From the NCBI GenBank assembly GCA_965218295.1, contig CBDCKN010000006.1, forward strand, positions 8,712 to 72,711: DNA of 64,000 bases, given 5' to 3'. The notes under the pieces were generated by a model that saw nothing but the letters and a program-made list of their open reading frames with translations, had not been told where the DNA came from and ran no database searches. The translations under genes were made by a program, and so were the position numbers. Every line of letters starts with the position of its first letter. The first letter of the stretch is position 1. Below, one piece after another: positions 42,711 to 53,258 of this stretch. This DNA is from Longimicrobiales bacterium. Its GTDB lineage: Bacteria > Gemmatimonadota > Gemmatimonadetes > Longimicrobiales > Gaopeijiaceae.

Positions 42711-43003
42711 GTGCAGAAAAGGAGTCGGTAACGGTCAGGATCGCCGGTGAAGAGCACACCATCCGCTCCAGTGTCCCGGCGGAGTATACCAAACGCTGTG
42801 CCCGGCATGTGGATCAGCGAATACATGACATCAAGAAACAGGTCGGCCTCCTAGAGGGACACAAGGCCGCCATCCTAGCCGCCCTCTCCATCACCGACGA
42901 GCTTTTTCAGGCGAAGGACGATCTCGAGCGAAGCGGCATCGATCTCGCGTCGAGGATGGAGGAACTCGCCGAACGGCTGGAAGCCGCCATCGCCCACGAG
43001 TAG
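42707..43003 (+). CDS. zapA: cell division protein ZapA
   Basis: VTVRIAGEEHTI, HVDQRI, AILAALSITDELF. Confidence 0.9.
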   Translation: MSAEKESVTVRIAGEEHTIRSSVPAEYTKRCARHVDQRIHDIKKQVGLLEGHKAAILAALSITDELFQAKDDLERSGIDLASRMEELAERLEAAIAHE

Positions 43004-43016
43004 CGGGCGCTTCGAT

Positions 43017-43295
43017 CTAGTGTGGTGTCCCAGAAGTGTCTCGGCCATTGATCTCGCTGCGCTCGATCGTCTCGCGGTCAACTCGGTGCTCACGACGAGC
43101 ATGAAGGTCGCTCGGCTCGAGCACCGATGCATCCGGCCCTGCGGCGTTCCTCCTCCTCGGGCCACGGCCTTTGGCCGCGGTGCCCGCGTTGCTATTCCTC
43201 GTCGTCGCGCCTGACCCACGCCTCCGGCGCGGGTACCCCGGATCCGGCGCCTCGGCACTCTCGGTGGCTCGCGAACTTCTGGGACACCACACTCG
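43017..43295 (+). repeat. MITE-like element, subfamily B (279 bp)
   Basis: CTAG-TGTGGTGTCCCAGAAGT ... ACTTCTGGGACACCACA-CTCG; perfect 17-bp TIR; near-identical to 53255-53560. Confidence 0.9.
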
Positions 43296-43459
43296 ACACC
43301 CCCTCCTACTGCCCGCCCACTGCCGGGGCCGCATGGAGGGGGGGCTTTCGGCGACCTTGCGTTTCGCCGAACCCAAATTCTATTGTTTGCCTGTTAGCTA
43401 ACGCCAACCATGCAGACGCCTTTTTTGCCGGCGTCTGATTTTCGGAGCAAACAAAACAA

Positions 43460-45031
43460 ATGGATCCGCTGGTTATCGGACTGGCGGCGGCCGTGGCGTT
43501 GTTTTTTGGAGCCGCGGGATATGTCGGACGCGGCCTGATCGAGCAGTCGCGTCAGAGGAGGGCACAGGCCGCCGCCGAGGATGAAGCATCCAGGATCCTG
43601 GCTCGCGCTCAGGAAGAGGCGGACAACCTCCGTACGTCCAAGGTCCTCGAAGGAAAGGAAGAGGTCTTCCGGCTCCGGGAGTCGTGGGAGAAAGAGGAGC
43701 AGCGGCACAGGGAGGACGACGAGCGGGCGGAGCAGCGCCTGGCCGAGCGCGCGCATGCGCTGGACCGCCGCTTCGACACCTTGAACGAAAAGGAGTCGGC
43801 CCAGGAGCAGCGGAGCAAGGAACTGGACCAGCAGGAACGGGAGCTCACCGAGCAGGCCCAGGAGGTGGATCGCGCCCGGGCCGAGGTTCGCAAGAAGCTC
43901 GAAGCGCTGGCGGGGACTTCGGCCGCCGAGGCCAAGCAGGAGCTGATCGAAGACCTGAAGGACGAAGCAAGGGCCGACGCCGCCAACGACCTCCGCGAGA
44001 TCAAGGAAGAGGCGCAACGCAACGCCGACCGAGAATCCAAGAAGATCCTGGGCCTCGCCATACAACGAATGGCGGCGGACCAGACCGCGGAGATGACCGT
44101 CTCCGTCGTACAACTCCCCTCCGACGAGATGAAGGGCCGCATCATCGGGCGAGAAGGACGCAACGTCCGCTCGTTCGAGCAAGCCACCGGCATCGACGTC
44201 ATCATCGACGATACCCCTGAGGCCGTGGTTCTCTCAGGGTTCGACCCGGTGCGGCGAGAGGTGGCGCGGATCGCGCTACAGCGGCTCATCGAAGATGGAC
44301 GAATCCACCCGGGCCGCATCGAGGAGATGGTGGAGAAGAGCCGGAAAGAGGTGGAGCAATCCATGGTCGAAGCGGCCGGGGAAGTGCTCTACGAGCTCGG
44401 AATCCACAACGTCCACTCCGAGATTGTAAAGGTCCTCGGCCGGCTGAAGTTCAGGACCTCGTATGGCCAGAACCAGCTTCAGCACGCCAAGGAGGTGGCG
44501 CTTCTGGCTGGGAACATGGCGGCGGAGATGGGGCTGGACGTGCAAGCCACGAAGCGGGCGGGCGTGCTCCACGACGTGGGGAAAGGTCTGACGTACGAGC
44601 AGGAAGGTACCCACGTGGAGCTCGGATATCGCCTCTGCAAGAAGCACAACGAGTCGGAGATCGTGCTGAACGCCATCAGGGCGCATCACGATGAGGAGCC
44701 CCACTTCTTCGCCGAAACGTTCCTCGTGACGGCGGGCGATGCCATCTCCGGATCCCGCCCGGGTGCCCGGCGCGAGATGTTCGAGGGGTATGTCAAGCGG
44801 CTGGAGAAGCTGGAGGAGCTGGCCATGGAGCATCCCGGCGTCGAGCGCTGCTTCGCTATTCAGGCGGGCCGCGAGATACGTGTCATGGTCGAGCCGGAGA
44901 AGGTCACGGACGACGAAATGGCTCAGATCTCCGAAGCGGTGGCGCGGCGCATCGAAGGCGAGCTGCAGTACCCCGGTCAGATCAAGGTGGTCGTGATCCG
45001 CGAGACCCGGGCCATCGATTTTGCACGCTAG
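43460..45031 (+). CDS. rny: ribonuclease Y
   Basis: N-terminal TM, coiled coil, KH (MKGRIIGREGRN), HD (LHDVGK), SRPGARRE. Confidence 0.97.
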   Translation: MDPLVIGLAAAVALFFGAAGYVGRGLIEQSRQRRAQAAAEDEASRILARAQEEADNLRTSKVLEGKEEVFRLRESWEKEEQRHREDDERAEQRLAERAHALDRRFDTLNEKESAQEQRSKELDQQERELTEQAQEVDRARAEVRKKLEALAGTSAAEAKQELIEDLKDEARADAANDLREIKEEAQRNADRESKKILGLAIQRMAADQTAEMTVSVVQLPSDEMKGRIIGREGRNVRSFEQATGIDVIIDDTPEAVVLSGFDPVRREVARIALQRLIEDGRIHPGRIEEMVEKSRKEVEQSMVEAAGEVLYELGIHNVHSEIVKVLGRLKFRTSYGQNQLQHAKEVALLAGNMAAEMGLDVQATKRAGVLHDVGKGLTYEQEGTHVELGYRLCKKHNESEIVLNAIRAHHDEEPHFFAETFLVTAGDAISGSRPGARREMFEGYVKRLEKLEELAMEHPGVERCFAIQAGREIRVMVEPEKVTDDEMAQISEAVARRIEGELQYPGQIKVVVIRETRAIDFAR

Positions 45032-45094
45032 TGTTCCATTCCACGGATGCACCGTCCCTCGACTGGCCGAGACACTTTGGTAACGGGACACTAG
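45028..45094 (-). repeat. MITE-like subfamily A deletion derivative (67 bp) at the rny stop
   Basis: CTAG at both ends; the left CTAG contains the rny TAG. Confidence 0.85.
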
Positions 45095-45154
45095 TGCTTG
45101 GGTGCACTAGGCGCCCCCCGTGGGGACGGCCCAGTAGCACATGGAGGAGAGGGA

Positions 45155-46069
45155 ATGTCCGCTGAGATCATATCGGGCGAGGAGATAGCCGCGTCCATCA
45201 GAGCGGAGCTCAAGGAGCGCGTGGCGGAGCTGAAGGTGTCGGGGCTCACGCCCGGGTTGGCCGTAGTGCTGGTCGGCGACGATCCGGCCAGTCACGTGTA
45301 CGTCGGCATGAAGAACAAGGCCGCCATAGAGGTGGGTATCTACTCGCGTCAGATCACTCTTCCGGTGGGGGTCACCGAAGACGAGCTACTGGGGACTGTG
45401 GCCGGGCTGAACGCCGACCCCGACATCCATGGAATCCTGGTGCAGCTTCCGCTGCCCCACCAGATCGACGAAGCCAAGATCCTCTTGGCCATCGATCCGG
45501 AGAAGGACGTGGACGGGTTCCATCCCGTGAACGTCGGCCGGCTGGCCACTGGTGATCTGGATGTGCTCACGCCGTGCACCCCCGGGGGCGTGATAGAAAT
45601 GCTCATGCGCAGCGGCAATGATCCGGCGGGTAAACACGCGGTAGTCGTGGGACGGTCGAACATCGTCGGGCGTCCCATGGCGTCGCTCCTCCTGCGGAAG
45701 GCCTCCGGAGGGAATGCCACAGTGACGGTAGCTCACAGCCGCACCGCCGACCTGGGCGCCGTCACTCGGGAAGCCGATATCCTCATCGCGGCGATCGGGC
45801 TTCCCGAATTCATTCGGGGTGACATGGTGAAGCCGGGGGCCGTGGTCATCGACGTGGGCGTCAACCGGGTCGACGACGACACCCGAGAGCGTGGGTACCG
45901 CTTTACCGGTGACGTAGCGTTCGACGAGGTGAAGGAGGTGGCGTCGGCCATCAGCCCTGTCCCCGGGGGTGTGGGGCCGATGACGATCGCGATGCTGCTC
46001 TCCAACACGGTGGACGCTGCGGCTCGATCGACGAGCGCCGGCCTCTCGAGGGCTTCGACGGCCTCCTAG
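45155..46069 (+). CDS. folD: methylenetetrahydrofolate dehydrogenase/cyclohydrolase
   Basis: PGLAVVLVG, GILVQLPLP, KDVDGFHP, GRSNIVGRP, PVPGGVGPMT. Confidence 0.97.
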   Translation: MSAEIISGEEIAASIRAELKERVAELKVSGLTPGLAVVLVGDDPASHVYVGMKNKAAIEVGIYSRQITLPVGVTEDELLGTVAGLNADPDIHGILVQLPLPHQIDEAKILLAIDPEKDVDGFHPVNVGRLATGDLDVLTPCTPGGVIEMLMRSGNDPAGKHAVVVGRSNIVGRPMASLLLRKASGGNATVTVAHSRTADLGAVTREADILIAAIGLPEFIRGDMVKPGAVVIDVGVNRVDDDTRERGYRFTGDVAFDEVKEVASAISPVPGGVGPMTIAMLLSNTVDAAARSTSAGLSRASTAS

Positions 46070-46163
46070 TGTTCCGTTGCCGAAGTTCGCGAGCCACCAA
46101 GAGGGTTGGGGCGGATGCACCGTGCCCTCGACTGGCCGAGACACTTTGGTAACGGGACACTAA
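46066..46163 (-). repeat. MITE-like subfamily A deletion derivative (98 bp) at the folD stop
   Basis: CTAG...CTAA; both termini present, central stem-loop absent. Confidence 0.87.
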
Positions 46164-46178
46164 GGGGACCGTGATCAC

Positions 46179-47399
46179 ATGACGAGCCCGCGCGTCTGGA
46201 GCGTCACTCGGGTCAACCGGGCAGTACGCCTCCTACTCGAGGACACCATCGAGAGCCTCTGGGTCTCCGGCGAGGTGGCCAATTGGACCCGGGCTCGGTC
46301 CGGACACTGCTACTTCACCCTGAAGGACGATCGGGCGCAGCTTCGCTGCGCCATGTTCCGGACGGAAGCGGCCACCCTCCCCACCGACCCCGAGCAGGGC
46401 ATGAATGTCCGGGCCTTCGGTGGCTTGTCGCTGTACGAGGCCAAGGGCGAGTATCAGCTCATCGTACGTAGTCTCGAGGCCGAAGGTGAGGAGGGCCTTT
46501 GGCGCCTTGCCTTCGAGCGTGTTCGGGCGAAGCTCGATGTCGAAGGGCTCCTGGCTTCCGAACGTAAGCGGCCGCTGCCGCGCTTCCCGAGGGCCGTGGG
46601 TGTCGTGACGTCTCTGAGCGGGGCGGCCCTCCACGACATCGTCACCGTCATTCGGCGTCGTGCTCCCTGGACCCGGGTCGTCGTCCGGGAGACACGCGTC
46701 CAGGGCGAGGGTGCGGGTGCGGAGGTTGCCAGGGCCATCGAGGCCCTAGGGAGAAGCGGGCTCGTGGACGTGCTGATCGTCGGTCGAGGGGGCGGCTCCC
46801 TGGAGGACCTCTGGGCCTTCAACGAGGAGGAGGTGGCCCGGGCCATCGCCCACTGTCCGGTGCCTGTGATCTCGGCGGTGGGTCACGAGATCGACGTCAC
46901 GGTGGCGGACCTGGTGGCGGACCACCGCGCGCCCACCCCGTCGGCTGGAGCGGAGGCCGCGGTCCAGGACGGAGAGGGGTTAGGCGAGGTTCTTGCATCG
47001 ACCAGAGAGCGTATGAGTCGAGCCCTGCGTGGGACGGCCCTCAGGCGCCGTGAGACGCTGGTCCTCCGGCTGGGTCAGCTGCGACGCTCGGCGTCAGCTC
47101 TGGCCCGGCCTCGCAGGGAGGCCCTCGGCCGGGCTGGTGATCGGATGGAGACGGCAGTACGGAAGTTGGTCTCGCTCAAGGGGGCACGTCTGTCGGAGGC
47201 AGCCGGCAAGATGGATGTCCTGTCGCCCTTGGCCACGTTGGGTCGGGGATATGCGCTGCCTCAGGACGATGCCGGCCGGGTCCTGCGTACTGCCGCCGAG
47301 CTGAAGCCCGGTTTGCGTTTCTCGCTTCGGGTTTCGGACGGGTCGGTGCCCTGTGAGGCGCTGGGGCGAGACGGGGCAGGTGCTGGATCATCGCAGTGA
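46179..47399 (+). CDS. xseA: exodeoxyribonuclease VII large subunit
   Basis: SGHCYFTLKD, GRGGGSLEDLWAFNEE, SAVGHEID, APTPS, LGRGY. Confidence 0.96.
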   Translation: MTSPRVWSVTRVNRAVRLLLEDTIESLWVSGEVANWTRARSGHCYFTLKDDRAQLRCAMFRTEAATLPTDPEQGMNVRAFGGLSLYEAKGEYQLIVRSLEAEGEEGLWRLAFERVRAKLDVEGLLASERKRPLPRFPRAVGVVTSLSGAALHDIVTVIRRRAPWTRVVVRETRVQGEGAGAEVARAIEALGRSGLVDVLIVGRGGGSLEDLWAFNEEEVARAIAHCPVPVISAVGHEIDVTVADLVADHRAPTPSAGAEAAVQDGEGLGEVLASTRERMSRALRGTALRRRETLVLRLGQLRRSASALARPRREALGRAGDRMETAVRKLVSLKGARLSEAAGKMDVLSPLATLGRGYALPQDDAGRVLRTAAELKPGLRFSLRVSDGSVPCEALGRDGAGAGSSQ

Positions 47400-47445
47400 T
47401 CGGATCGGTAGAAACGGATAGGCCCGCAGCAAGGAGACATCCATC

Positions 47446-47710
47446 GTGACGCCGGCAGACCATTTGCCCGACCAAACCACGGATGCCGCTCCCTCCTTGG
47501 AGGAGCGTCTGCGACGCCTCGAGGAGATCGTGCGGTCCCTGGAGGCAGACGACCTGGAGCTGGAAGGAGCCCTGGCCCTCTTCGAAGAAGGCGTGGAGCA
47601 CGTGCGGAGCGCCGAGGACATCCTCAGAAACGCCGAGCTCAAGGTCGACGAGCTTTTGGGTCCCCCCCGAGGAACAGGTCACACGGCTCCTGGAGGACGA
47701 GTCGGAGTGA
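47446..47710 (+). CDS. xseB: exodeoxyribonuclease VII small subunit (+1 frameshift in C7 tract 47662-47668)
   Basis: LEERLRRLEEIVRSLE..LEGALALFEEG; with C6 the frame ends at TGA 47708-47710, overlapping the ispA GTG. Confidence 0.88.
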
Positions 47711-48618
47711 CGGACGACTCGTCCCTCGACCTCGAGGCGTTCCTCCTCCGGGAGAGGGAAGAGGTGGAGAAGGCCCTCGAGCGCTCACTGCGGTACTTCT
47801 CGGGCTATCTCCCCACGAGCCTCGCCGAGCCTGTTCGGCACGCTGTGATGACGGGGGGAAAGCGCCTCAGACCCATTCTATGCACGGTGGCCTACAGCAC
47901 GTGCGGAGGGAACGGGGGGCCGATGGCTCATGACCTCGGCGTCTCACTCGAGCTCATTCACGCCTACTCGCTCATGCATGACGACCTCCCGTGCGTTGAC
48001 GACGCTGAGCTGCGGAGGGGCCGGCCCACGTCCCACAGGCTCTACGGAGTGGAGGCGACGGTTCGGGCCGGGCTAGCTCTCATCCCGGCCGCGTCGCTTC
48101 AAGCGCTTCGGGCCGCCCGGGCCCTGGGATGTGACGAGGACACGGCCAAAGCCGTCGTTCGGGAGCTCAACCGTGCGGCGGGAGGCGGTGGCATGGTGGG
48201 GGGTCAGTACCTGGATCTTCTGGCGGAAGGGCGTGCCCTGGAATCGGCCGAGCTGGACGACCTTCACCGGATGAAGACTGGAGCGCTCTTGACGGCCTCA
48301 CTCGTGATCGGAGGGCTGGCAGCGGGTGCGCCCGAACCGACACTCGTCGGACTCCGGGGCTACGGGCGGGCCGTTGGGCTCGCGTTCCAGGTCACCGACG
48401 ACATCCTGGACGAGACCTCTTCCGCCGCCGACCTGGGGAAGAATCCGAGTGACGGGCTGCTCGACAAGAGCACCTACGTTTCCCTCCACGGTATCGAGGA
48501 AGCTCTCCGACGGGCTCGGGCTCTCGCCGAAGAGGCCCTCGAGGCCCTTCGTGCGGCAGCGATCGAGGCTCCCGAGCTCGCCGCCCTCGCCCGCTACGTC
48601 GTGGAACGGAAGCGGTAG
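47707..48618 (+). CDS. ispA: polyprenyl (farnesyl) diphosphate synthase
   Basis: GGKRLRP, HAYSLMHDDLPC..RRGRPT, KTGAL, FQVTDDILD. Confidence 0.92.
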   Translation: MTDDSSLDLEAFLLREREEVEKALERSLRYFSGYLPTSLAEPVRHAVMTGGKRLRPILCTVAYSTCGGNGGPMAHDLGVSLELIHAYSLMHDDLPCVDDAELRRGRPTSHRLYGVEATVRAGLALIPAASLQALRAARALGCDEDTAKAVVRELNRAAGGGGMVGGQYLDLLAEGRALESAELDDLHRMKTGALLTASLVIGGLAAGAPEPTLVGLRGYGRAVGLAFQVTDDILDETSSAADLGKNPSDGLLDKSTYVSLHGIEEALRRARALAEEALEALRAAAIEAPELAALARYVVERKR

Positions 48619-48657
48619 TGCGGTGTTGTGGGAGAGCAACCTTCAGGAGCTGAATCC

Positions 48658-50574
48658 GTGACCCTTCTCGACCGAATTCAGGACCCAGGGGATATCCGTC
48701 GGCTGGCGAGAGACCAGCTGCACGAACTGGTCACCGAGGCCCGAGATCGGCATATCGACGTGATCTCGAAGATCGGGGGTCACTTCGGCGGGAGCCTCGG
48801 CGTCGCCGAGCTCACCGTCGCCCTCCACTACGCCTTCGATACCCCTCGCGACAAGCTGGTCTGGGACACCGGCCATCAGGGCTATATCCACAAGATCCTG
48901 ACCGGCAGGAACGAGCAGTTGCCGACCATCCGGCAGAGGGACGGATTGGCGCCCTTCCTCCGCCGCGACGAGTCGGAGTACGACCACTTCGGCGCGGGAC
49001 ACGCCGCCACCTCGATCTCGGCGGCCCTTGGCACGGCCATCGCGCGGGATCTGAACGGGGACGACTTCAGCGTGGTCGCCGTCATCGGCGATGGGGCCAT
49101 GGGATGCGGCCTGGCGTACGAGGCACTCAACAACGCCGGACACACGGATCGCGATCTCATCGTCGTTCTCAACGACAACAATCACTCCATCGCTCCCAAC
49201 GTGGGGGCGATGAACAAGTACCTCACGGGCGTGATCACGCATCCGGTCTACAACCGGATCCGCGACGAGGTGAAGGAGCTGCTCTCCAAGGGACCCGGCG
49301 GTGCCGAGGGTGTTCTGAGGCGGGTCGCCGGTCGGGCGGAGGGGAGCGTGAAGGGGTTCTTCCTACCGGGCATGCTCTTCGAGGAGCTGGGCTTCCGCTA
49401 CATCGGGCCCGTGGACGGCCACGACCTCGACTCCCTCGTCGACACCCTCTCCACAGTGCGTCGTCTCGACGGTCCGATTCTCGTCCACGTCATCACCCAA
49501 AAGGGGAAGGGATTCGCGCTCGCCGAGGAGAACGCGTACAAGTGGCACGCGGCTTCACCATTCGACAAGATCTCCGGCGAGGCCAAGAAGAAGGGCAGCG
49601 GACTTCCGCGCTACCAGAAAGTCTTCGGTCGAGGCCTCAAGGAGCTCGGCGAAGTCGATGAGCGGATCGTGGCCATTACGGCCGGGATGCCGGACGGCAC
49701 CAGCACCGACATCTTCGGGGAGGCGTTCCCGGATCGGTACTTCGACGTCGGAATTGCCGAGGCCCACGGCGTCACCTCGGCAGCAGGGATGGCCACGCAG
49801 AAGGGGATCCGCCCCGTCGTGTGCATTTACTCGACCTTCCTGCAGCGGGCGTTAGACAGCATCATCCACGACGTCGCGCTTCAGGATCTGCCAGTGGTGT
49901 TCTGCATGGACCGTGCAGGGATCGCGGGACCCGATGGCCCGACTCATCACGGGGCCTTCGACATCCCATACATGATGCTGACCCCCGGCATGACGGTGAC
50001 GGCCCCGAAGGACGGGGCGGAGATGCTGGCCCTCGTGCGTCTCGGGATCGAGCACGAGGATGGGCCGTTCTCCGTGCGTTGGCCGAGAGATGCCGTACCG
50101 GCGGAGGTGCCGCATGTCAGCGAGATCCCGGCGGTGGATTACGGCACGTGGGAGGTGTTGCGCCGTGGGTTAGACATCGCCTTCCTCGCCACGGGTACCA
50201 TGGTCCTCGAAGCTCTCGAAGCGGCCCAGACTCTGGCCGCCCGGGGAATCCAGGCCACGGTGGTGAATTGCCGTTTCCTGAAGCCCCACGATAGGGAGGT
50301 CCTCCAGGAGGTCGTAGAGGGACACCGAAAGGTGCTGACCATGGAGGAGGGAGCTGTCCTCAACGGCTTCGGGGCGTGTATGACCCGCGAGATCCACAAT
50401 CTGGACTCGGGACACGATGTGCAGGTGCGATGCCTCGGGCTTCCGGATCGGTTCGTCGAGCACGGGGCGCGCGACGCACTGCTCCGCGACGTGGGGCTCG
50501 ACGTCGAAGGGATCGTCACTGAGGCGAGGCGTATGCTCGGCGACACCGTTTCATCCGCGGCGGAGACTGCGTGA
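48658..50574 (+). CDS. dxs: 1-deoxy-D-xylulose-5-phosphate synthase
   Basis: WDTGHQGY, GHAATSISAA, GDGA, YSTFLQR, DRAG, DGPTHHG. Confidence 0.97.
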   Translation: MTLLDRIQDPGDIRRLARDQLHELVTEARDRHIDVISKIGGHFGGSLGVAELTVALHYAFDTPRDKLVWDTGHQGYIHKILTGRNEQLPTIRQRDGLAPFLRRDESEYDHFGAGHAATSISAALGTAIARDLNGDDFSVVAVIGDGAMGCGLAYEALNNAGHTDRDLIVVLNDNNHSIAPNVGAMNKYLTGVITHPVYNRIRDEVKELLSKGPGGAEGVLRRVAGRAEGSVKGFFLPGMLFEELGFRYIGPVDGHDLDSLVDTLSTVRRLDGPILVHVITQKGKGFALAEENAYKWHAASPFDKISGEAKKKGSGLPRYQKVFGRGLKELGEVDERIVAITAGMPDGTSTDIFGEAFPDRYFDVGIAEAHGVTSAAGMATQKGIRPVVCIYSTFLQRALDSIIHDVALQDLPVVFCMDRAGIAGPDGPTHHGAFDIPYMMLTPGMTVTAPKDGAEMLALVRLGIEHEDGPFSVRWPRDAVPAEVPHVSEIPAVDYGTWEVLRRGLDIAFLATGTMVLEALEAAQTLAARGIQATVVNCRFLKPHDREVLQEVVEGHRKVLTMEEGAVLNGFGACMTREIHNLDSGHDVQVRCLGLPDRFVEHGARDALLRDVGLDVEGIVTEARRMLGDTVSSAAETA

Positions 50575-51485
50575 CGGACGAGGTCTCCCGGGCCGATCCC
50601 GGGAACGAGCTCCGGCGCATCGGCGTACTCGGGCGCTTTGCACATGAGGACCTGCCGAGCTGTGTTCAGCGTCTCGCCCGGTTCGCGGACGATCACGACC
50701 TCAGCCTCTGCTTCGAGGAGCACCTCCTCGCCGACGCGCCCGAGGGGGCCAAACGGTTGGATCTCGACGACGAGTCGGTCGATTTCCTCATCGCCTTCGG
50801 GGGGGACGGTACGCTCCTGAGGGCGGGGCGCATGGCCGCGGGGCGGGAGATCCCCGTTCTGGGAATCAACGTTGGCCATCTCGGCTTCCTCACGGGGCTT
50901 CCTCATCCCGAGATGGAGGACCGTTTGGGCCGTGTCCTCGAGGGCGACTACGTCCTGGACCGGCGGTTCATGGTGGAGGCGCGGGTGATCGACACCGACG
51001 GGTCGGAGGGCGATCTCCTGCTGGCATGGAATGACTTCGTGATCTACAAGCGTGGGGTTGCCCGGATCACCCGCTTGGACCTGCGCGTGAAGGAGGGAGA
51101 GGACTGGCAGGAGGTGGGCAGCTTTTCCGGGGATGGGCTCATCGTCTCGACGCCCACCGGATCCACGGCTTACTCCCTGTCAGCAGGTGGTCCCATCGTG
51201 GTGCCGTCGGTGGACTGCCTCATCGTCACCCCGGTCTGTCCACACACCCTGGCGGTGCGTCCCCTGGTCATTCCCGGAAGCCAGGTCCTGGCGGTGAGCC
51301 CTCTCGAGGGCACCGACGACTTGGTTCTGACGGCCGACGGGCAGCTGGCCCACGACTTCGGCGTGGGCGCCGAGGTCCGCATCACTCGCTCCGACGTTGA
51401 GATCCCCATGGTCCGCTTCTCGGACCAGAACTTCTTCGGGACCCTGCAGCGCAAGCTCAACTGGGCCGCCCGGCCGCCGGGCTGA
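50571..51485 (+). CDS. nadK: NAD kinase
   Basis: GGDGT, GINVGHLGFL, DGLIVSTPTGSTAYSLSAGG. Confidence 0.96.
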   Translation: MTDEVSRADPGNELRRIGVLGRFAHEDLPSCVQRLARFADDHDLSLCFEEHLLADAPEGAKRLDLDDESVDFLIAFGGDGTLLRAGRMAAGREIPVLGINVGHLGFLTGLPHPEMEDRLGRVLEGDYVLDRRFMVEARVIDTDGSEGDLLLAWNDFVIYKRGVARITRLDLRVKEGEDWQEVGSFSGDGLIVSTPTGSTAYSLSAGGPIVVPSVDCLIVTPVCPHTLAVRPLVIPGSQVLAVSPLEGTDDLVLTADGQLAHDFGVGAEVRITRSDVEIPMVRFSDQNFFGTLQRKLNWAARPPG

Positions 51486-51596
51486 CGGGCGGTGCCAGCG
51501 TCGGCGCAACCGCACCTTTCCCTCTGAGGCGGCTCCCGGCTCCGCGACCCCAACTCCCATTGAGGAGGCTCATGGGGCCCTGGTAGATTTCCCTCC

Positions 51597-53258
51597 ATGC
51601 TGATCGAGCTCCGCGTCCGGGACTATGCCGTCATCGACGACCTCTCCCTTGAGCTGGGCCCCGGCCTGAGCGTTCTCTCGGGCGAGACCGGGGCAGGCAA
51701 GTCCATCATCGTCGGTGCGCTCTCGCTCCTGCTGGGTGAGCGGGCGTCGAGCGACTCCGTGCGGGTCGGGGCGGAGCGGGCCCGGGTCGAGGCCGTCTTC
51801 GACGTATCGGAGCGGCCCGAGCTTCTCGGCCTCCTGACCGAGCTCGGCCAGGAGGCCGAGGACGGTCTGCTGATCCTGCGGAGGGAGGTCGCGGCCGAGG
51901 GGAGGAATCGAGCCTGGATGAACGGCTCCCCCACCACGGCACGGGTCGTGGGTGAGCTCGGCAGGGCCCTGGTCGATCTCCACGGCCAACACGAGCACCA
52001 AACCCTTCTGAGGCGGGAGGCGCAGCGGAGCATCCTGGACGCCTTCGGTGACGCCGAAGGTGACGCGGCCGACGTGGTCGAAGCATTTGAAACGCTCACC
52101 GGCCTCGAGACGCGGCTCTCGGAGCTTCGAGAACGACGCCGTGAGCTGGAAGGCCGGGCGGACTTCCTCCGATTCCAGCTTGCGGAGATCGAGGAAGGCC
52201 GGGTGGAGGTCGGAGAGGACGCGGCCCTGGAGGCCGAAGGGCGTCGCCTCGAGCACTCCGAGGAGCTGCTCCGGGAGGCGACCTCGATCCACGCCGAGCT
52301 CTACGGCGGTGACGGGGCCGTCACCGATCGTCTCTCGCAGTTGCTCGGCTCACTGTCACGTCTGAAGGAGTGGGACCCGTCGCTTGAGGGCGCCCACGAC
52401 GCCCTCAAGGAGGCGTATTACGCCCTGGCCGATGTGGGCCGTGAGCTGGGGGATTACGCCGGGAGCGTCCGGCATGACCCCGGCCGGCTCGAGGAGGTGC
52501 GAGAGCGCATTGACTTGATTCTCCGCCTCAAGCGCAAGTACGGTCCGGAGCTCACCGACGTCGTGGAGACCGGCGGTCGCCTGAGCGCCGAGCTGGACGA
52601 GCTAGAGGGTTCGGGCTGGGACGAAGAGGCGCTGCAACGGGACGTCGATGAGGCTCGCACCGAACTGACCGATGCCGCCGAAAGGCTGACGGGCAAACGG
52701 CAGGAGGCCGCACGTCGACTCGAGACGGAGGTGGAGGCGCTCCTGCCTGACCTGGGTCTTCCCGGAGCCACGTTCCAGGTGCTTCTCGAGGCTTTGCCCA
52801 CTGTGGGAAACCGCGGGGCCGAGCGGGTAGAGTTTCTGGTGTCGGTCAACGCTGGCTTTGCTCCCATGCCCCTCGGCCGGGTGGCCAGCGGCGGGGAGCT
52901 CTCCAGGGTCATGCTGGCCCTCAAAGCCATCCTGGCCCGAGTCGATCAGGTTCCCACCCTGATCTTCGACGAGATCGACGCAGGGATCGGCGGTCAGGTG
53001 GCCACCCTCGTGGCGGCTAGGCTCCAGGAGGTCGCCCGTTACCATCAGGTATTCGTCATCACTCACCTGCCTCAACTGGCGTCCCGAGCTCGCAGCCACC
53101 TTCTCGTCGAAAAGACAGAGGGAGACGGCCTCGCGGCCACCAGCGTCGATGAGCTGGAGGGAGAGGCGCGGGTCCGGGAGATCGCCAGGATGCTCGGAGG
53201 CGATCCCGAGTCGGAGACGTCGCGGGACCATGCGCGCGAGCTGTTGGAGTCCCTCTAG
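51597..53258 (+). CDS. recN: DNA repair protein RecN
   Basis: GETGAGKS, HGQHEHQ, ASGGELSR, FDEIDAGIGG, THLPQ. Confidence 0.97.
   Translation: MLIELRVRDYAVIDDLSLELGPGLSVLSGETGAGKSIIVGALSLLLGERASSDSVRVGAERARVEAVFDVSERPELLGLLTELGQEAEDGLLILRREVAAEGRNRAWMNGSPTTARVVGELGRALVDLHGQHEHQTLLRREAQRSILDAFGDAEGDAADVVEAFETLTGLETRLSELRERRRELEGRADFLRFQLAEIEEGRVEVGEDAALEAEGRRLEHSEELLREATSIHAELYGGDGAVTDRLSQLLGSLSRLKEWDPSLEGAHDALKEAYYALADVGRELGDYAGSVRHDPGRLEEVRERIDLILRLKRKYGPELTDVVETGGRLSAELDELEGSGWDEEALQRDVDEARTELTDAAERLTGKRQEAARRLETEVEALLPDLGLPGATFQVLLEALPTVGNRGAERVEFLVSVNAGFAPMPLGRVASGGELSRVMLALKAILARVDQVPTLIFDEIDAGIGGQVATLVAARLQEVARYHQVFVITHLPQLASRARSHLLVEKTEGDGLAATSVDELEGEARVREIARMLGGDPESETSRDHARELLESL

Noticed and set aside
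43017..43295. 6S RNA, suggested by the position after zapA
   Set aside because: The sequence has perfect TIRs and a near-identical copy after recN, so it belongs to the repeat family.
43020..43438. Small ORFs within the MITE copies (also 53258-53691)
   Set aside because: They have no transposase motifs, and the frames are not preserved between subfamilies or deletion forms.
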